Of a stretch of DNA of 64,000 bases, positions 42,819 to 57,730 are shown in pieces. The notes under the pieces were generated by a model. It worked only from the letters and a program-made list of their open reading frames with translations. It did not search any database and was not told the origin of the DNA. The translations under genes and the position numbers were made by a program. Source of the DNA: the human T2T-CHM13v2.0 reference genome, Homo sapiens; the NCBI RefSeq assembly GCF_009914755.1, contig NC_060928.1; one strand, written 5' to 3'. Each line of letters opens with the position of its first letter. Positions within the stretch are counted from its first letter, which is position 1.

Positions 42819-45800
42819 TCAACAATGAAACTGATTTTGCAAAATTCCACTGTGCCTTCTATAGTCATCTTCAAGGTCTGGGGTTATTGACATGCTGGGA
42901 GAATGAACCTGATATTCTGTTTAATGACTCAGATATTGTAGACATATTTCAGACACAGAAAAACTACTATACCAATACATTTAAAAAAAAATAAACTGTA
43001 TTCAGGATTTGTGATTTTTTTAGGCCCATCAAGAGCAAATTATAAATTTATTTCAATAAGGATTGCATGAACTTTGTGGTTTTAAAATTAAGCTTTTATA
43101 GACCTGCTTATTAAGATAAGCATATTCATCCAAGATTAAACATAATATTTCCAGTAGAATCTTTGCTCCATCTGAATAATGAGTTAAACTCAGAATTATA
43201 GCAACTTTCTGTAGCATTTCTGATCTTAACGCATGCAAGTAGATATCTCTAAAATATATTTGAAATGGGTTAGGGACCTTTCATTATGGAATGGCTAGGC
43301 AGAAAAGGACTATTTTTGTTACATACCATTTCCTCCCTAACATAATGGTGAAATACAAACTTTACCAGGTCGATTTTTGTTATGCGGGAAACCAGTGTTT
43401 CTGCAAGATAAAAATGAGGAACTAATTGTTTGTATTAGAGCCTTAAGACTGATGCTATTTTATATGCAAATTTACTAGAGCAATTTGTTTTACATGTGTA
43501 TTACGTCAAATGAATCAAATTGTCTGAATGGGTGAAACTACGAATATAGACCATTTCATTCTATTTGAAAATAATTTGCAATTCCGCATTTTATACAAAT
43601 CTAATTGAAATATAATCATGCCTCCGTAAAACAGTGATAAACTTAATATATGAGAACAGTTGTTATGTGCCAATAAAATATCAAAACCAAGCAAATTATA
43701 GAATAGTTATCAGGATGACTGTAAAATAACATAACTAGCTCTAAAGCTGAGTCAAAAATAATTATTTCCGCTGTAAGAAGGGCCATCTAGTAGAACAAAC
43801 TACATTTTCTGACTGCAGATTGTTTCTTTATAAAATGACAATAGCAGATTGTATCGAGTTGGACCGTGCATTTAGAGTTCAGAAGGCTCATGATTACCTG
43901 AGCCAGTGCCAGCCTCAATTCTCAGGCCCACGTGCAGGACTAAATGGTTTATGGCCTGCAACAAAAAGGCCTATGGCCATTTAGGAAGTGAGGTGTTCGG
44001 TTATCGTTGCAGTAAAAGAGGTAAAATAATCTTTTTTGAATGATAAAGTCACAAGTCATTGAAAACTGTGTGCCTAGTTATTATCAGCTGTTTTTCTTTC
44101 CTCCTTTGACTCTTTGTGGTCAGTGCTAATGTAAGTCTTTGCTTGAACAAGCCTGCAGTGCAAAAATGGTTTCCAGCAGTGACTGGCAGAACCAGGACCC
44201 TAGACAGTTGCATTGCAGGAGGAATGAGAAGGCATCACAAAATAGAAAGTTCTAACACCCTAGATGGCATTTTGTGTCATCGTTTTCTGTAAGTGCCTCT
44301 TAATACTCTTGGTTTTGTTTTGTGTTTTTTTTTTTTTTCACTATAATCTGTTCTTTTTCCTTTTTTTTTCAATTGAATCTAACCTAAATATCTCTATGAG
44401 AAACTTTTGACTCATTAACAAGATAATTAAATGATGGAGCAGAGTGAATACTTTTCACTGGGTGTCCTATAGTTTGTAAATGCTTGCCCTTTCAGTGAGC
44501 TTTGAAATATTTTTAAGTGTAACAGTCCTTGGTAATAGCTTTACAATGGGGTGCAAATACAGAAGTCAGTTTACAAGAAATTTCTGTTCTCTTTATATTC
44601 ACGCATCTGAGTCCAGAATTCTAAAAGACTGCTCATCATCCTACCTATAATACAAACAAGGTGCCCTCCATGTTAACTGCAGAATCCTGCAGTTACAGTC
44701 TAGACACACGAACCTTGCAGAAGGGTGCATCGGTTACTTTACATACTTTGCATAAACGAGGTACTAAAATCCTCATAATTATCCACCTTTCAGAACATGT
44801 CCGACTCAAAATATTGGAAGAACATTTGAGAAGAATCTACAGGCTAGAATCTTTTTGAATCTTTTCTTTTGCTTGTTTGTTGTTTGTTTGTTTGTTTGTT
44901 TTCAGTTATTTGGGACTTTAATGTTCCTGAGACAAGAAAAGGAAACATGGAAGCACGCACACTTAGAAATGAGTCTCAGAAACGGAAAATCCAACCAGCT
45001 AAATCATCACAGCACTCCTGGCAAAATTCTCTAATGATAAAAGTTGTTTGTTTTGTTTTGTTTTTCTGATTTTTCTTTTCAGACACATTAATAATCTCTT
45101 GACTAGGAAAGGGGAACCCACAAAATAAGTCCTTCTTCATTCTTGTGTGCAGTTAATTTTGTTTCTACATGTGTCTGCAAAAGGCAAAGATGACCTCCAA
45201 AGCAGATTCTAGCTCTATTTGGATGAGTCTGTGAGTTTTGGTCAATGAAAATGGGCAGAAATCCTGTCACAGGAGAGAGCTAAGTAGACAACCTCATTGG
45301 AAGTTAAAAATGTATATTGTCATGTCAACGCAAGGAAGCAATTATAGGCCTCATGCCAACTGCACATCGTCTGTGTGAGTCCACGTCTCCAGGATTCCGA
45401 GTCTGTGTGAGTAAGTGCTGTTCCCACTTCAGGAGGAGCAGTGGAGACAATTAGTAGGAATGAAGTCTCCTTGGTGTCAGTAATATGAAAAAATATACCA
45501 TGATCAAATAAGCATGTAGGAAAACACCTACATTTTCAAATTCAAAAACTATTGGAAAACATTAAACTGAGCTTTATGTCTTTACAATTTCTTTTCATAG
45601 CAATGCCCAGTTAATGCGCCATTCCACACTTTCTGATTTATCTTCAGATAAATGAGCTTCTTCAGCCGTTTGCCTCATGTGTCCTCCTTGCCCTTAGTAG
45701 AGAGCAGCACATAGGATGTTTTGATAGACTTTGTTTGTGGACAAATACAAGCAAAGCAGCAAGCTGAGGAAAGCCATCATTGCTTTTAATATTTTGTAAA

Positions 45801-47373
45801 CAATAGGACTTGCTTTTATAGTCATATTAATAAAAGCAAACTATTCTTACAGTTCAGTTAGGCTAGGATTAGACCAAAACACCAAACAAAACAGCTGACC
45901 TTGCAATGAAAATGTAGGCGAAAATCACGAATTTGAGAAGAGATGTTTAAGAAATATTTTTAAAATAAAATTGAAAAAATGGAAGAGTAACTTGTAGCAA
46001 GTGCTCTAGTAAAAACTTCCTCTGTATACACGTTTGAAGTATACAGATGAACCCAGTAGAAAGAGAGCTTGGAGGTGACGGGAGAAACCTGATTATTACG
46101 ATAATAATAAGGTCCTAATGAGACAGGAAGGGAAAGATCGAGGGGCTGATTGAGCAGGCTGTTGGTTTAATTCTTGCTTCTGCAGCCATTCCCATCTTCT
46201 GGAAGGAGGCAAAGAGGTTGGTTGTACATATTACAGTCCATAAACCAGAATCTATCTGAGAGCTGTCAGCCAATAGCCCATTGGAACCCTAAAGACCCCT
46301 AAGTCCTAGAGCTAGATATAAATCCTTTAGAACTATATCAGAAAAAAAAAACTTTCTTATACATTTTCTCCATGTGAGAAAAACATTATTATGTTTGTGT
46401 TTTAGCATTGGTTTCACATCTCAAAACTTTTTGCTAACATATGGAGTTTGCTTTAGTTAATAAAATTAAGTGTTTTTTTTACATTACCAGATGATATAAA
46501 ATTCAGCAAATACTTTTTTATATAGAAATGGAAATTATGCTGTGTTACTATGTGAAATATTAACTGCTCCTTTAGCTATTCATCTACTGGCTCGGGATGA
46601 CTCTTATTTTAAATGCTAATTTTTCAGAATCTTTTTGAAGGGTGTTATATATGTTATTTTATCACATGGTCCTGTGAGATTTGTATAGTGTCCATAAAAT
46701 TGTGAAGTGGGCATAGGTTTTTTTAAGTATGACATATAATTAGGATTAAATATTCACATGATTATAGGGCTATTCTTGCAGATATAAAGCCAGGCAAATT
46801 CCCAATGGATAATACTTCAAGAAATATTTGCATCCTTAACATTAAATCTGTCTTACTAAGTTAACTTTAAAATTGCTCTCATGACCAATTTTGCATCCTA
46901 AAGGTAAATAAATAAATAAATCAAAACATGACCTAAAACATAACTAATTGAACAAGAGAAAAAAGTGTAGAACACAAATTATTGATTTCATTTTCATATT
47001 TTAACTAGTTGTTCTTTCATTAATAAGTATAATGTATATACAATTTTCCCACTGTTTAATTATTCAAAGATTTTAAAACTGAATTGAATACTTCATGAAC
47101 TAAAAATTATAAAATCTTTATTCCTGAATAGCTGGAAAACAAAACAAGGAACTTTGTCTTTTTTAATGGCATAGTTCTGTATTACCTTGGTGACTCTAAA
47201 CTCTATGCTTTATTCAATTTTTTTAATTGTTGGAGACAAGGAGAATCATAATCTCAACCTGCATTTACATAGTGCTGGAAGAAAAGACCGACCGGGAATG
47301 TGTGATCTGTCACTTGGCTTTGGAAACACTTGAAGAAGTTGCACTAATGTAAAAAAGAAACAGAAAGATTTAA

Positions 47374-48266
<893 letters not shown>

Positions 48267-48271
48267 TAAGA

Positions 48272-48533
48272 ATAGTAGGAATAACAAAGATATAGAATCA
48301 ACCCAAATGCCCATCAATGATAGACTGGATAAAGAAAATATGCTACATATACACCATGGTATATATACACCATGGAATACTACGCAGGGACATGGATGAA
48401 GCTGGAAGCCATCATCCTCAGCAAACTAACATACGAACAGAAAAACAAGCATCACATGTTCTCGCTTATAAATGAGAGCTGAACAATGAAAACACACGGA
48501 CACAGGGAAGGGAATGACACACACTTGGGGCTG
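48272..48533 (+). mobile_element. L1PA/PB 3'-region fragment
   Basis: caacccaaatgcccatcaatgatagactggataaagaaaat...ggatgaagctggaagccatcatcctcagcaaactaac. Confidence 0.85.
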
Positions 48534-48550
48534 TTCCTCATCTAGCACAT

Positions 48551-49347
<797 letters not shown>

Positions 49348-50725
49348 TAATAAATATTTTTTGTAATGAAAACATAGATAAGTAAATGAGAAGTGAGATA
49401 AAAATAAAATGAAATGAGGCATAAATGCGTATGGAGTGGAGAGGGAAAAAGGTCAGGTAGCAGAGGGCCAGAGATGAGAGGCTTAGGAACACCAGAATTG
49501 TATATGGATACAACTGGGGTTCAGCCAGCTCCTGGGTCAGGTGACTGTGCAGGGAGCTGCTTATAAAAGAGGAGGCAATAGTTCTGTTGCTTTTCTTCAT
49601 CTCAGAAGAACAGTCTTGATACTTAGGTATGTTTTTGGTAGAATTGTTGTGTTAATAACTCTTCTTTAAGGGAAAAGTATCTTTAAATTATTGCCACATT
49701 GCCACGTGATTGTGATTAGGAGTTTTAGCAATTTCCTAAAAAGGTCTACTTTCAAATGAAACATTTGGAGAAGTTTTTGTTTTCTTTTGTTTCTATTGAA
49801 GGAAATAAAGCGTTGACTAGTTATTTTCAAGTTTGGGGAACCATAAGTGCATATATTTCCTAAATGACATAAGAGCTCATTTACTGAAAGAATTAACCAA
49901 ATAAAATTAATAATCCAAAGAATTGTCACTTAATATCTATAATATCCTGATACAACTACATTGCAAAATTCAAAGGCTATTTTTTACAACTACTTTAGTG
50001 AGATTCTACTTTCTGAATAAGTTAAATTAATGAATATAATCTTATAATTTAGAAAACAAAACAAAAATGTTCTCTTTTCCCAAGAAATATACCTGATTTA
50101 ATATTTTGCCTCTATTGTACAAAAAGTACAAGTGTACTTTTGTACCATCTTTACTCTTAAGGGATATCTGGAAAAATATTTTAACAATCCCAAGAGAAGG
50201 CTGATTGCAAAAACAGAACTTATTTCTGCAAATTCTAAGGTCCTCTCTGTTTGAATTAGAAGTCCTGCAGCCAGCCAAAGCAATTCCTTATAGTCTACAT
50301 TTTCTGTTCACAGATTTCATTTCCCACGTTTCCTGTCTTCAAATGAAGCAATATAGAACGGGGTAATTGAACAGGCTTTAGGATCTTCCAGTTTGAGTTC
50401 AGACCCTGTCTCATTGCTTACCGGGATATGGGAACTTGGCACCTCACTGGACTTCAGGAAGCCTCAGCTTTCCTATCTGGTGTGTGGCAAATGTCCAACC
50501 ACGAAGGCAGCACTTCACTCAGCATCCAGTACAGAGGAAGGATGTCAGCAGTGCTGTAGATTGTCATTACATGTTTGCTCAACCAAGAATGTTTCCACTG
50601 AGTGAGGCTGATTGGGAAAAAATATTATAGGGCGGTTCACTCAACATAACTTCTCAAATCTTTCTGCTTATTGAATTATATTAAAAATTCATTTTCACTA
50701 GTAATTTGAGTCTCAAAATCTGAAG

Positions 50726-51041
<316 letters not shown>

Positions 51042-51963
51042 CTATGCCTCTCAAAGAAATAGCATTCAAGCTTAACATAGAAAACAAACTCATTGAGGGT
51101 GCATAAGCAGACCTGTATACTCAGGTCTGAAAAAGTCATCTTTCTCTTAAGATGCTTGCACTTTCTTGCCTGATTTAAGTTATGTTGAATAATCTCAAAT
51201 AATATAAGAAAAATAACTATTTAAAAAGTAGAGTTATGAGCAGCGGGGTACAGGAGCAGGAATCGGCTTGGTGCTTAAAGAAATATATAATCTAATTCCT
51301 TAACTCCTGTAAAATAAAACCAAAATGTAGGTACTAAGTTCAGTTATATTTCGGAGGCTAACATTAGCCTAACGTACTGTGCTGTAAGACCTGGTTCCTA
51401 CCACCACAGAACAACGTGCAGTTAGAATCCAGCCTCGTTTTCCCTCTCTCTCTGCCCCATGAGCTCCACCTGACTTTTTGAAAGGCCCCCTCCCTTTGAG
51501 CAGAACTTGGTTCCTCATTCAATCCAATTCCCATTTCTTTATCCTTCCTCCTGAGCTCCGTTTTCGAAATCCGTTTTTCCACCCTCCCTTGTAGGTCTAA
51601 TGCCTGTTCCTGTCTCTCTACACTGCTTCCATTATGGTAACCTGCACAGTCTTAACTTGAATTTCTTTCAGAAATATAATAATTCTGCCACCGCATCACT
51701 TCTGTTTGTTTGCCCTAATCAAGGTTAGGCATTTGGGGACACCTAGATTCAAGGGATGCTGGGAAATACGCATAACTGAAAGACGCCCAGCATCGTCTTG
51801 AGAGGATTTGTTCTTAAAGGAAAAGGCACACATGTAACCTGTTAGATAAAGAGCTGCCTCCAACAAAGCAGGGAAGAAGAGAAGACACCGTGAGGCCATC
51901 TTGCTGTGGCCTAGGATCGGGGTCCCCAGGCTGGGTGTGAGTCTTCCAGGCCTGAGGACTCAC

Positions 51964-52190
51964 CTTGGTTCTCAGGGCCAGCCTCTGCGGAGGCACAAGT
52001 CCTGATAGATCTCCTTTTGCTTCTGGCACGGATTTCTCTGCAGGCCCCTTGCCTGCGTCCCTGGTCCCTCCTTTCCAGTCTCCTTCCTTGCTCCCTCCCA
52101 TCCTATGGGAAGTCGGTATCTTAGCAGATGCCACATACTTGCCTCCTAACACATCTGTGATACCAAATGCCAACTTTCTGGAGCGCCTAT
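51964..52190 (-). other. Candidate 227-nt exon
   Basis: Acceptor ttttttttttaag| and perfect donor AAG|gtgagt; GC- and purine-rich body open in one frame; peptide not recognised. Confidence 0.35.
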
Positions 52191-52199
52191 CTTAAAAAA

Positions 52200-52800
52200 A
52201 AAATTTCAATTTTTATTAATTTGTAGGTTTTTTTCATACAGTAAAGTTAACTTCTCTTCTGTGTGCAGTTCTATGAGCTACAGAACAGCTCCTGGGCAAT
52301 CCCTCATACTGTCCCTCATGCTCTCCCTGACATCACCTCCTGGTGACATTGATGTTCTCCACCCCTATCGGTTTGCCTTTTCTAGAATCTCATATGAATG
52401 GGATCGTCCAGCGTGTACCTTTCTCTGTGCATCAATACAGCAGGAGTTGGCTCCTCTCCCTGAGTGCACGTCAGTTTCACTTCTGCTGTTGCACCTGTCA
52501 ATTGTTCGTCCTACTCATGCCACTGCGGGGCTCCACCATGGCTTATTTATTCATTCACCAGCTAAAGGGCATTTGGGTTTCCAGTGTTTGGTAATTACAA
52601 ATAAAGCTATTACAAACATTCATGGATAGTTTTTTGTGGGAATGTAGGTTATTTCACTGGGGTCAATGCCTAGGAGTAGGACTTCTAGGTTTTTTGGTAC
52701 ATACGTATTTAACTTTGCAGTAAACTGCCAAGTTGTTTTTCAAAGTAACTGTACCATTTTGCATGTCCACCATTAGTGTATGACATGCAAAATGCTGTGG
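52200..52800 (-). mobile_element. Old L1M (L1MC/ME-like) 3' fragment
   Basis: tttgccttttctagaatctcatatgaatggga...ggcatttgggtttccag...gtaaactgcca...gtaccattttgcat. Confidence 0.75.
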
Positions 52801-53094
52801 CTGGAGAACCTTTGCATCTACATTTTCTCCTCTCTCAATGGTCCATCTTGCCCTATCAGCCTGTCTGTTAACACTACACTCACATCTCTGGTTTGAAACT
52901 TCATATCTATTATTTAAGTTAGCAAACATTATTCAGGACCAGCTATGTGTTAGGTTACTCTTCCTGGTGTTATAATTCAGTGATGAATTTGAGATTTAAA
53001 TTCCATAAACTTTATAGATTGACATTCTGGTAACACATGCATGCATAATTAAATGGATAGACAGATCTATAAATTTAAAAATAAATTTATTTTA

Positions 53095-53385
53095 GAATCT
53101 GCAGCATCCAACATAGTAGCCCTCAGCCACATGTGGCCATTGCTCCGTGAACTGTGGCCAATATGGACGCAATGAGCTGTAAGTGTAAAATGCTCACGAA
53201 CTGCTGAAGACTTAATATAAAATGACTTATGATTTTTACATTGATTACATGTTGAAATGACAATAGTTTAGGCATACAGAGTTAAATAACAGTAAAATTA
53301 ATTTTACTGTTTCTTTTTTAAAAATATAACTATGAAAACATTTAAAATAACATATATGGTTTGTATTTTATCCATATTTCTATCG
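53095..53385 (+). mobile_element. hAT-Charlie MITE (MER33/MER3-like)
   Basis: tccaacatagtagccctcagccacatgtggccattg...acattgattacatgttgaaatgacaata. Confidence 0.75.
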
Positions 53386-54189
53386 CTATGCACCATTTTT
53401 CATAGTGAGGTGTAATACCAAAAACTCAAAAAAGCATGCTATTACAGAGCGGCTGATGTTACAGCCAGATAATACTTTTAATACAAGAGTCAGGAAAAGT
53501 TTTCCGAGACCCTGGCATGTGCAGTCCAATCTGGATGATGGGAAAGAGGCAGGCATGTGACGGTCCGAGGGAAATGTGTCCAGCTGAAGAAACAGGACAA
53601 GCTTGGTCCTGAAAGAGCAATGAACTCTGGGTGTTTGAAGAGTCAAAGAAGCCAGTGGGGTTGAAGTGGAGTGGTGAAGAGAAGACCGGTGGGAGGGAGC
53701 GCAGAGTGGTCTGCAGAATTCAGAGCCTCAGAAAACGTGGTAGGAAACATGGATTGGTACCGAGCCACCACTCTTCCCAGGGAACTCTTGCAATGTCTCC
53801 TAATCCAACAACACTCCCTTTATTCATTGCCGCCCTCAAATATGAAGCATGACTACCATTTACTAAGCTCCTACTAAGTGCCAGGTGCTGACCACACTCG
53901 GCACTCTGTGGCTTGCTCCAGTTGGAATTCAGGCTTCCTTTGCCATTGGCAGAGGTTCTCTCCTGTTAGCATCGTTTCTTCACTTGCCCTCTGGGATCTG
54001 CATTCTCCTGGCCCTGTGTCATCCATTATCTCCCTGTCTAGCAAGTTAGGGCCAGGTCAAGAAAACCTGTATCTCTCACCTTCATAGATTTTTGCCTTCA
54101 CCTTTACCCTGGTTGATATACGAGATGGATGCACTTTAGATTTTTAATCTAATCTATTGATGTTGGAGCTGTCAAAAGACCCAAGTTTC

Positions 54190-55100
54190 ATGTTTTTAGA
54201 TACACATATTTTTCCCAGTAGAACCTCTTTGTAATCAAGATGCTTCTTAAAATCAGCAGCTGTCAAGAGAGAGTTGTGAAACTGTTGCCTTTGTCAGCAC
54301 TTGAGCAAGTGTGATCACAGGTTCATTTTCTCAGTACGTGAGCAAGTGTGATCCCAGGGGTTCATTTCTCAGCACGTGAGCAAGTGTGATCACAGGTTCA
54401 TTTCTCAGCATGTGAGCAAGTGTGATCACGGGTTCATTTCTCAGCACGTGAGCAAGTGTGATCCCAGGGGTTCATTTGTCATGACTTCAAGTGAGTTGTG
54501 CATGTTGCGTGTTGTGATCCATATGTGGAGTTTTGATACTTAACATATCTGCAAATAGATTGCACTATAATTTGTCTTTGAAATAAGTTATTGTGTTTAC
54601 AGAAAGACAGGGACATAAAACTATAATCCATAAAGCACACAGCAATTTTATATTATATAAAATATAACAGTTGATATTAGTAAAAAAGACACTAGCCATT
54701 AGAGAAATAACCATAATTTGATATTTTCTTATAAATCATCAACAGAGAGTTTTATATAAGACATCTACAAGTAAATGAAGATATGCTGCATTTGACTACT
54801 GCTATGCAGGTAAAACTACTACCTATAGTGTGCCAAAAAAAATAGAACTGGAGGCAGGGAATATTTCTCAGTCCCAAGAGAGCACCCTCTTGATGGCATA
54901 TACTAAGCAAAAGACACAGCCACCAAGTCACAATGTTTTCTTATAAAATTCACAATCAATATGAAGATTTAGGCATACATTTCCAGTGTTTTTGGCTTAT
55001 AGCATTGTTTATATTCCACAAAAATACCATATGATTTTAAAAATCCTTATCTAAGTTTAGAGGAGCTCTTTCATAAGTATAAAATTTTAAAACTGGAAGT
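54190..55100 (+). mobile_element. Degraded Tc1/mariner-superfamily DNA transposon (Kanga-like)
   Basis: aagttattgtgtttacagaaag...tgatattagt...tacaagtaaatgaag...gaactggaggcaggga resembles a recalled Kanga transposase relic; weak support. Confidence 0.35.
54295..54480. repeat. 36-38-bp minisatellite, 5 copies
   Basis: Unit cagcacgtgagcaagtgtgatcacaggttcatttct with variants. Confidence 0.96.
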
Positions 55101-55530
55101 GATTAAAAAAAGCATGTATAAATGAATTAGCAGCATTATCTCTGCTAGTAGTACAGAAATAAGGGTGTACCTTTCACTATACAGTTGATCCTTGAACAAC
55201 ACAGGTTTCAACTGCATGGTTCCACTTATAGGCAGATTTTTAAAAATAAATGTATTGGAAATATCTTTAGATATTTGTGACAATTTTCAAAAAACTTGAA
55301 GATGAGCTATGTATCTTAGAATTATCAAAAAATGTAAGAAATGATATGTCATGAATGCCTAAAATATATGTAGATACTAGTCTATTTTATAATTTGCCAC
55401 CATAAAATATATATGAATCTATTATTAAAAAGTTAACACTTAGAGACCATACACGAAGCCATTCACATTTGAGAGAAATGTAAACAAATAGGAAGATGCA
55501 GCATTAGATTATAACTTACTATATTCGTTA

Positions 55531-56609
55531 CTGAATTCGTCTGTTTTCATTGCTATAAGGAAGTACCTGAGATTGGGTAATTAACTAAAAGAGGTTTATT
55601 TTGGCTCACAAGCGTCAGCATCTGCTCCTGATGAGGCCCCAGGAAGCTTCCAATCATGGTGGAAGGTGCAGGGGCAGCAGGCGTGTCACACAGCGAGAGA
55701 GGGAGCAAGAGAGAGAGTGGGGAGGTGCCAGGCTCCCTTCAAAATAACCAGAGCTCACATGAACTCACAGAGTGAGAGAATAACTCATCAACATGAGGGC
55801 AGCACCAAGCCATTCACGAGATCATCCCCACCACCTCCCACTGAGGGCTCACCTCCAGTATTTGGGCATCCGGAACCTCTGGTGAGGCCCGCAGGAAGTT
55901 TCCAATCATGGTGGAAGGTGAAGGGGGAGCAGGCATGTCACATGCAGAAAGAGGGAGCAAGAGAGAGAAGGAGAGGTGATACAGGTTGCATGTTTGTTCT
56001 CTCCAAATCTCATGGTGACATGTGATTCTCAGTATAGAAGGTGAGGCCTGGAGGGTGGAGACTAGATCACGAGAGAAGATGCCTCATAAACAGTTTAGTT
56101 CCATCCCCTCGGTGGTAAGAGAGTTCTCGCTCAGTTAATTCATGTGATATTTGGCTGTTTAAAAGGGTCTGGGGCCTCCCCCTTCTCCGTGTCACTCGTT
56201 CTCTTGCCATACCTCATGCCTGCCCCTGCTTCACCTTCTGCCATGATTGGAAGCCTCCTGAGGCCTCACCAGAAGCCAAGCAGAAGCCAGCATCATGCTT
56301 CCTGTACAGCCTGCAGAACCATGAGCCAATTCAACCTCTTTTCTTTATAAATTACCCAGCCTCAGGTATTTCTTTATAGCAACACAAGAACAGCCTAACA
56401 CAGGAGGCGCTAGGCTCCTTTTTAAAACAACCAGATTACACATGAACTCAGAGAGAGAGAAATTCCCTATTTACGGTGAGGACAGCACCAAGCCAGGCAT
56501 GAGGGATCTGTCCCCGTCACCCAAACACCTCCCACGAGGCCCGCCTCCAACATCGGAGGTCACATTTCAACATGAGATTTGGAAGGGGCAAGCCATTCAA
56601 ACCATATCA
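55531..56609 (-). mobile_element. MSTB-like MaLR LTR with an internally repeated segment, split by a second LTR
   Basis: Antisense MST motifs (ttgctataaggaagtacctgagattgggtaatt...aaccatatca); the segment gaggccc..aggaag.ttccaatcatggtggaagg occurs twice (about 55633 and 55884). Confidence 0.85.
55977..56402 (+). mobile_element. MSTB-like solo LTR nested in opposite orientation
   Basis: tgatacagg...ttctttataaattacccagcctcaggtatttctttatagcaac...ctaacaca; 5-bp flanks agagg/ggagg. Confidence 0.88.
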
Positions 56610-56825
56610 GATACCTACTGTACTGCTGCAATAATATTATTGTCGTCTCCCATTGCTACTATAATGAGCTCAAATATCCACCTACAACACTGCGTGATGC
56701 TAATCATCTCTGCTTGAGGAATTTGTCTTTCCAGTAAATTCTGTGGTGTAGTGAAAAGTGATTTCTCAAGGTTCTTGTGTATTTTTCATCATGTTTAGTG
56801 CAATATCATAAACCTTGAATAACAC

Positions 56826-57730
56826 CATGTGGCCCTTATGAAGTGCCACTTGTAACGCTGGAAGTGGTCCCAAGAAGCAGAGAAAACTCATGACATTACA
56901 ATAAAAAGTTGAATTGCTTGATATGCACCATCAATTGCGCTCTGCAGCTGCGGCGACACCATTTTAAGATGAATGAATCTGGTGTTAGGGCTCCTGTAAA
57001 TAAAGAAAAGGAAATTTGTGAAGCTGTCACTGCAGCTAACCAGGAGGTGTGAAAATCTTGCACAAAAGGTATTTTGTAAAATACCTTTTTAATCTCACTT
57101 TGAAATATAGCATTTATGAGGGTGCAGAATGGCTATACAAAAGGCATGTCTATAGATTCTAATATGATTTGAGAAAAAGCAAAGTCATTGTGTGACAACT
57201 TAAAGCAAAAAGAAGGTGAAGGATCTAAAACTGGAGATTTTAACGCTAGCAAAGGATGGTTTGATAATTCTAGAAAAAAAGGTTGGCTTTCAAAAATGTC
57301 CAGATAACAAGAGAAGCAGTTTCTGCCAACCAAGAGCCAGCAGATAAGTTCCCAGATGCCATTAAGAAAATCATTGAGGAGAAAGGACATCTGCCTGAAC
57401 AGGCTTTTAATGCAGACGAAAGTGCCCTATTCTGGGAGAGAATGCCGCAAAGGAAATTTATTAGTAAGGACGAGATGAGTGCTGCTGAGCCAGTGCCAGA
57501 CGATGAGGAAGGAGATGTAGGAAAAGCAGTCCTGGAAAACAAATTGGCATCAGACAGTCTGGCAGAGGGTTCTGATGATTCGAAAGAGCTTTTGTCTTCT
57601 TTCACTCTATGGGCACTCCTATGGGCTCTGAAACTACAAAAATCAGTGGAAGAAGGATTGATACAATAAAGACACTTTTTTAGAGAAATGAAGAAGAAAA
57701 GAGTCAGGCAGAAATTACAACATAGCTCCA
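56826..57730 (+). pseudogene. Disrupted Tigger2 transposase (CENP-B-type HTH region plus start of DDE domain)
   Basis: ORF 57283-57669 KIIEEKGHLPEQAFNADESALFWERMP matches the pogo/TIGD motif before the DDE domain; upstream part carries stops and frameshifts. Confidence 0.8.

Noticed and set aside
44674-44695. Perfect 9-bp inverted repeat taactgcag-aatc-ctgcagtta
   Set aside because: A few stems of this length are expected by chance in 64 kb.
45083-45410. Plus-strand segment between a strong acceptor and a gtaagt donor
   Set aside because: It is isolated, has no ORF support and cannot be distinguished from a pseudo-exon without transcript data.
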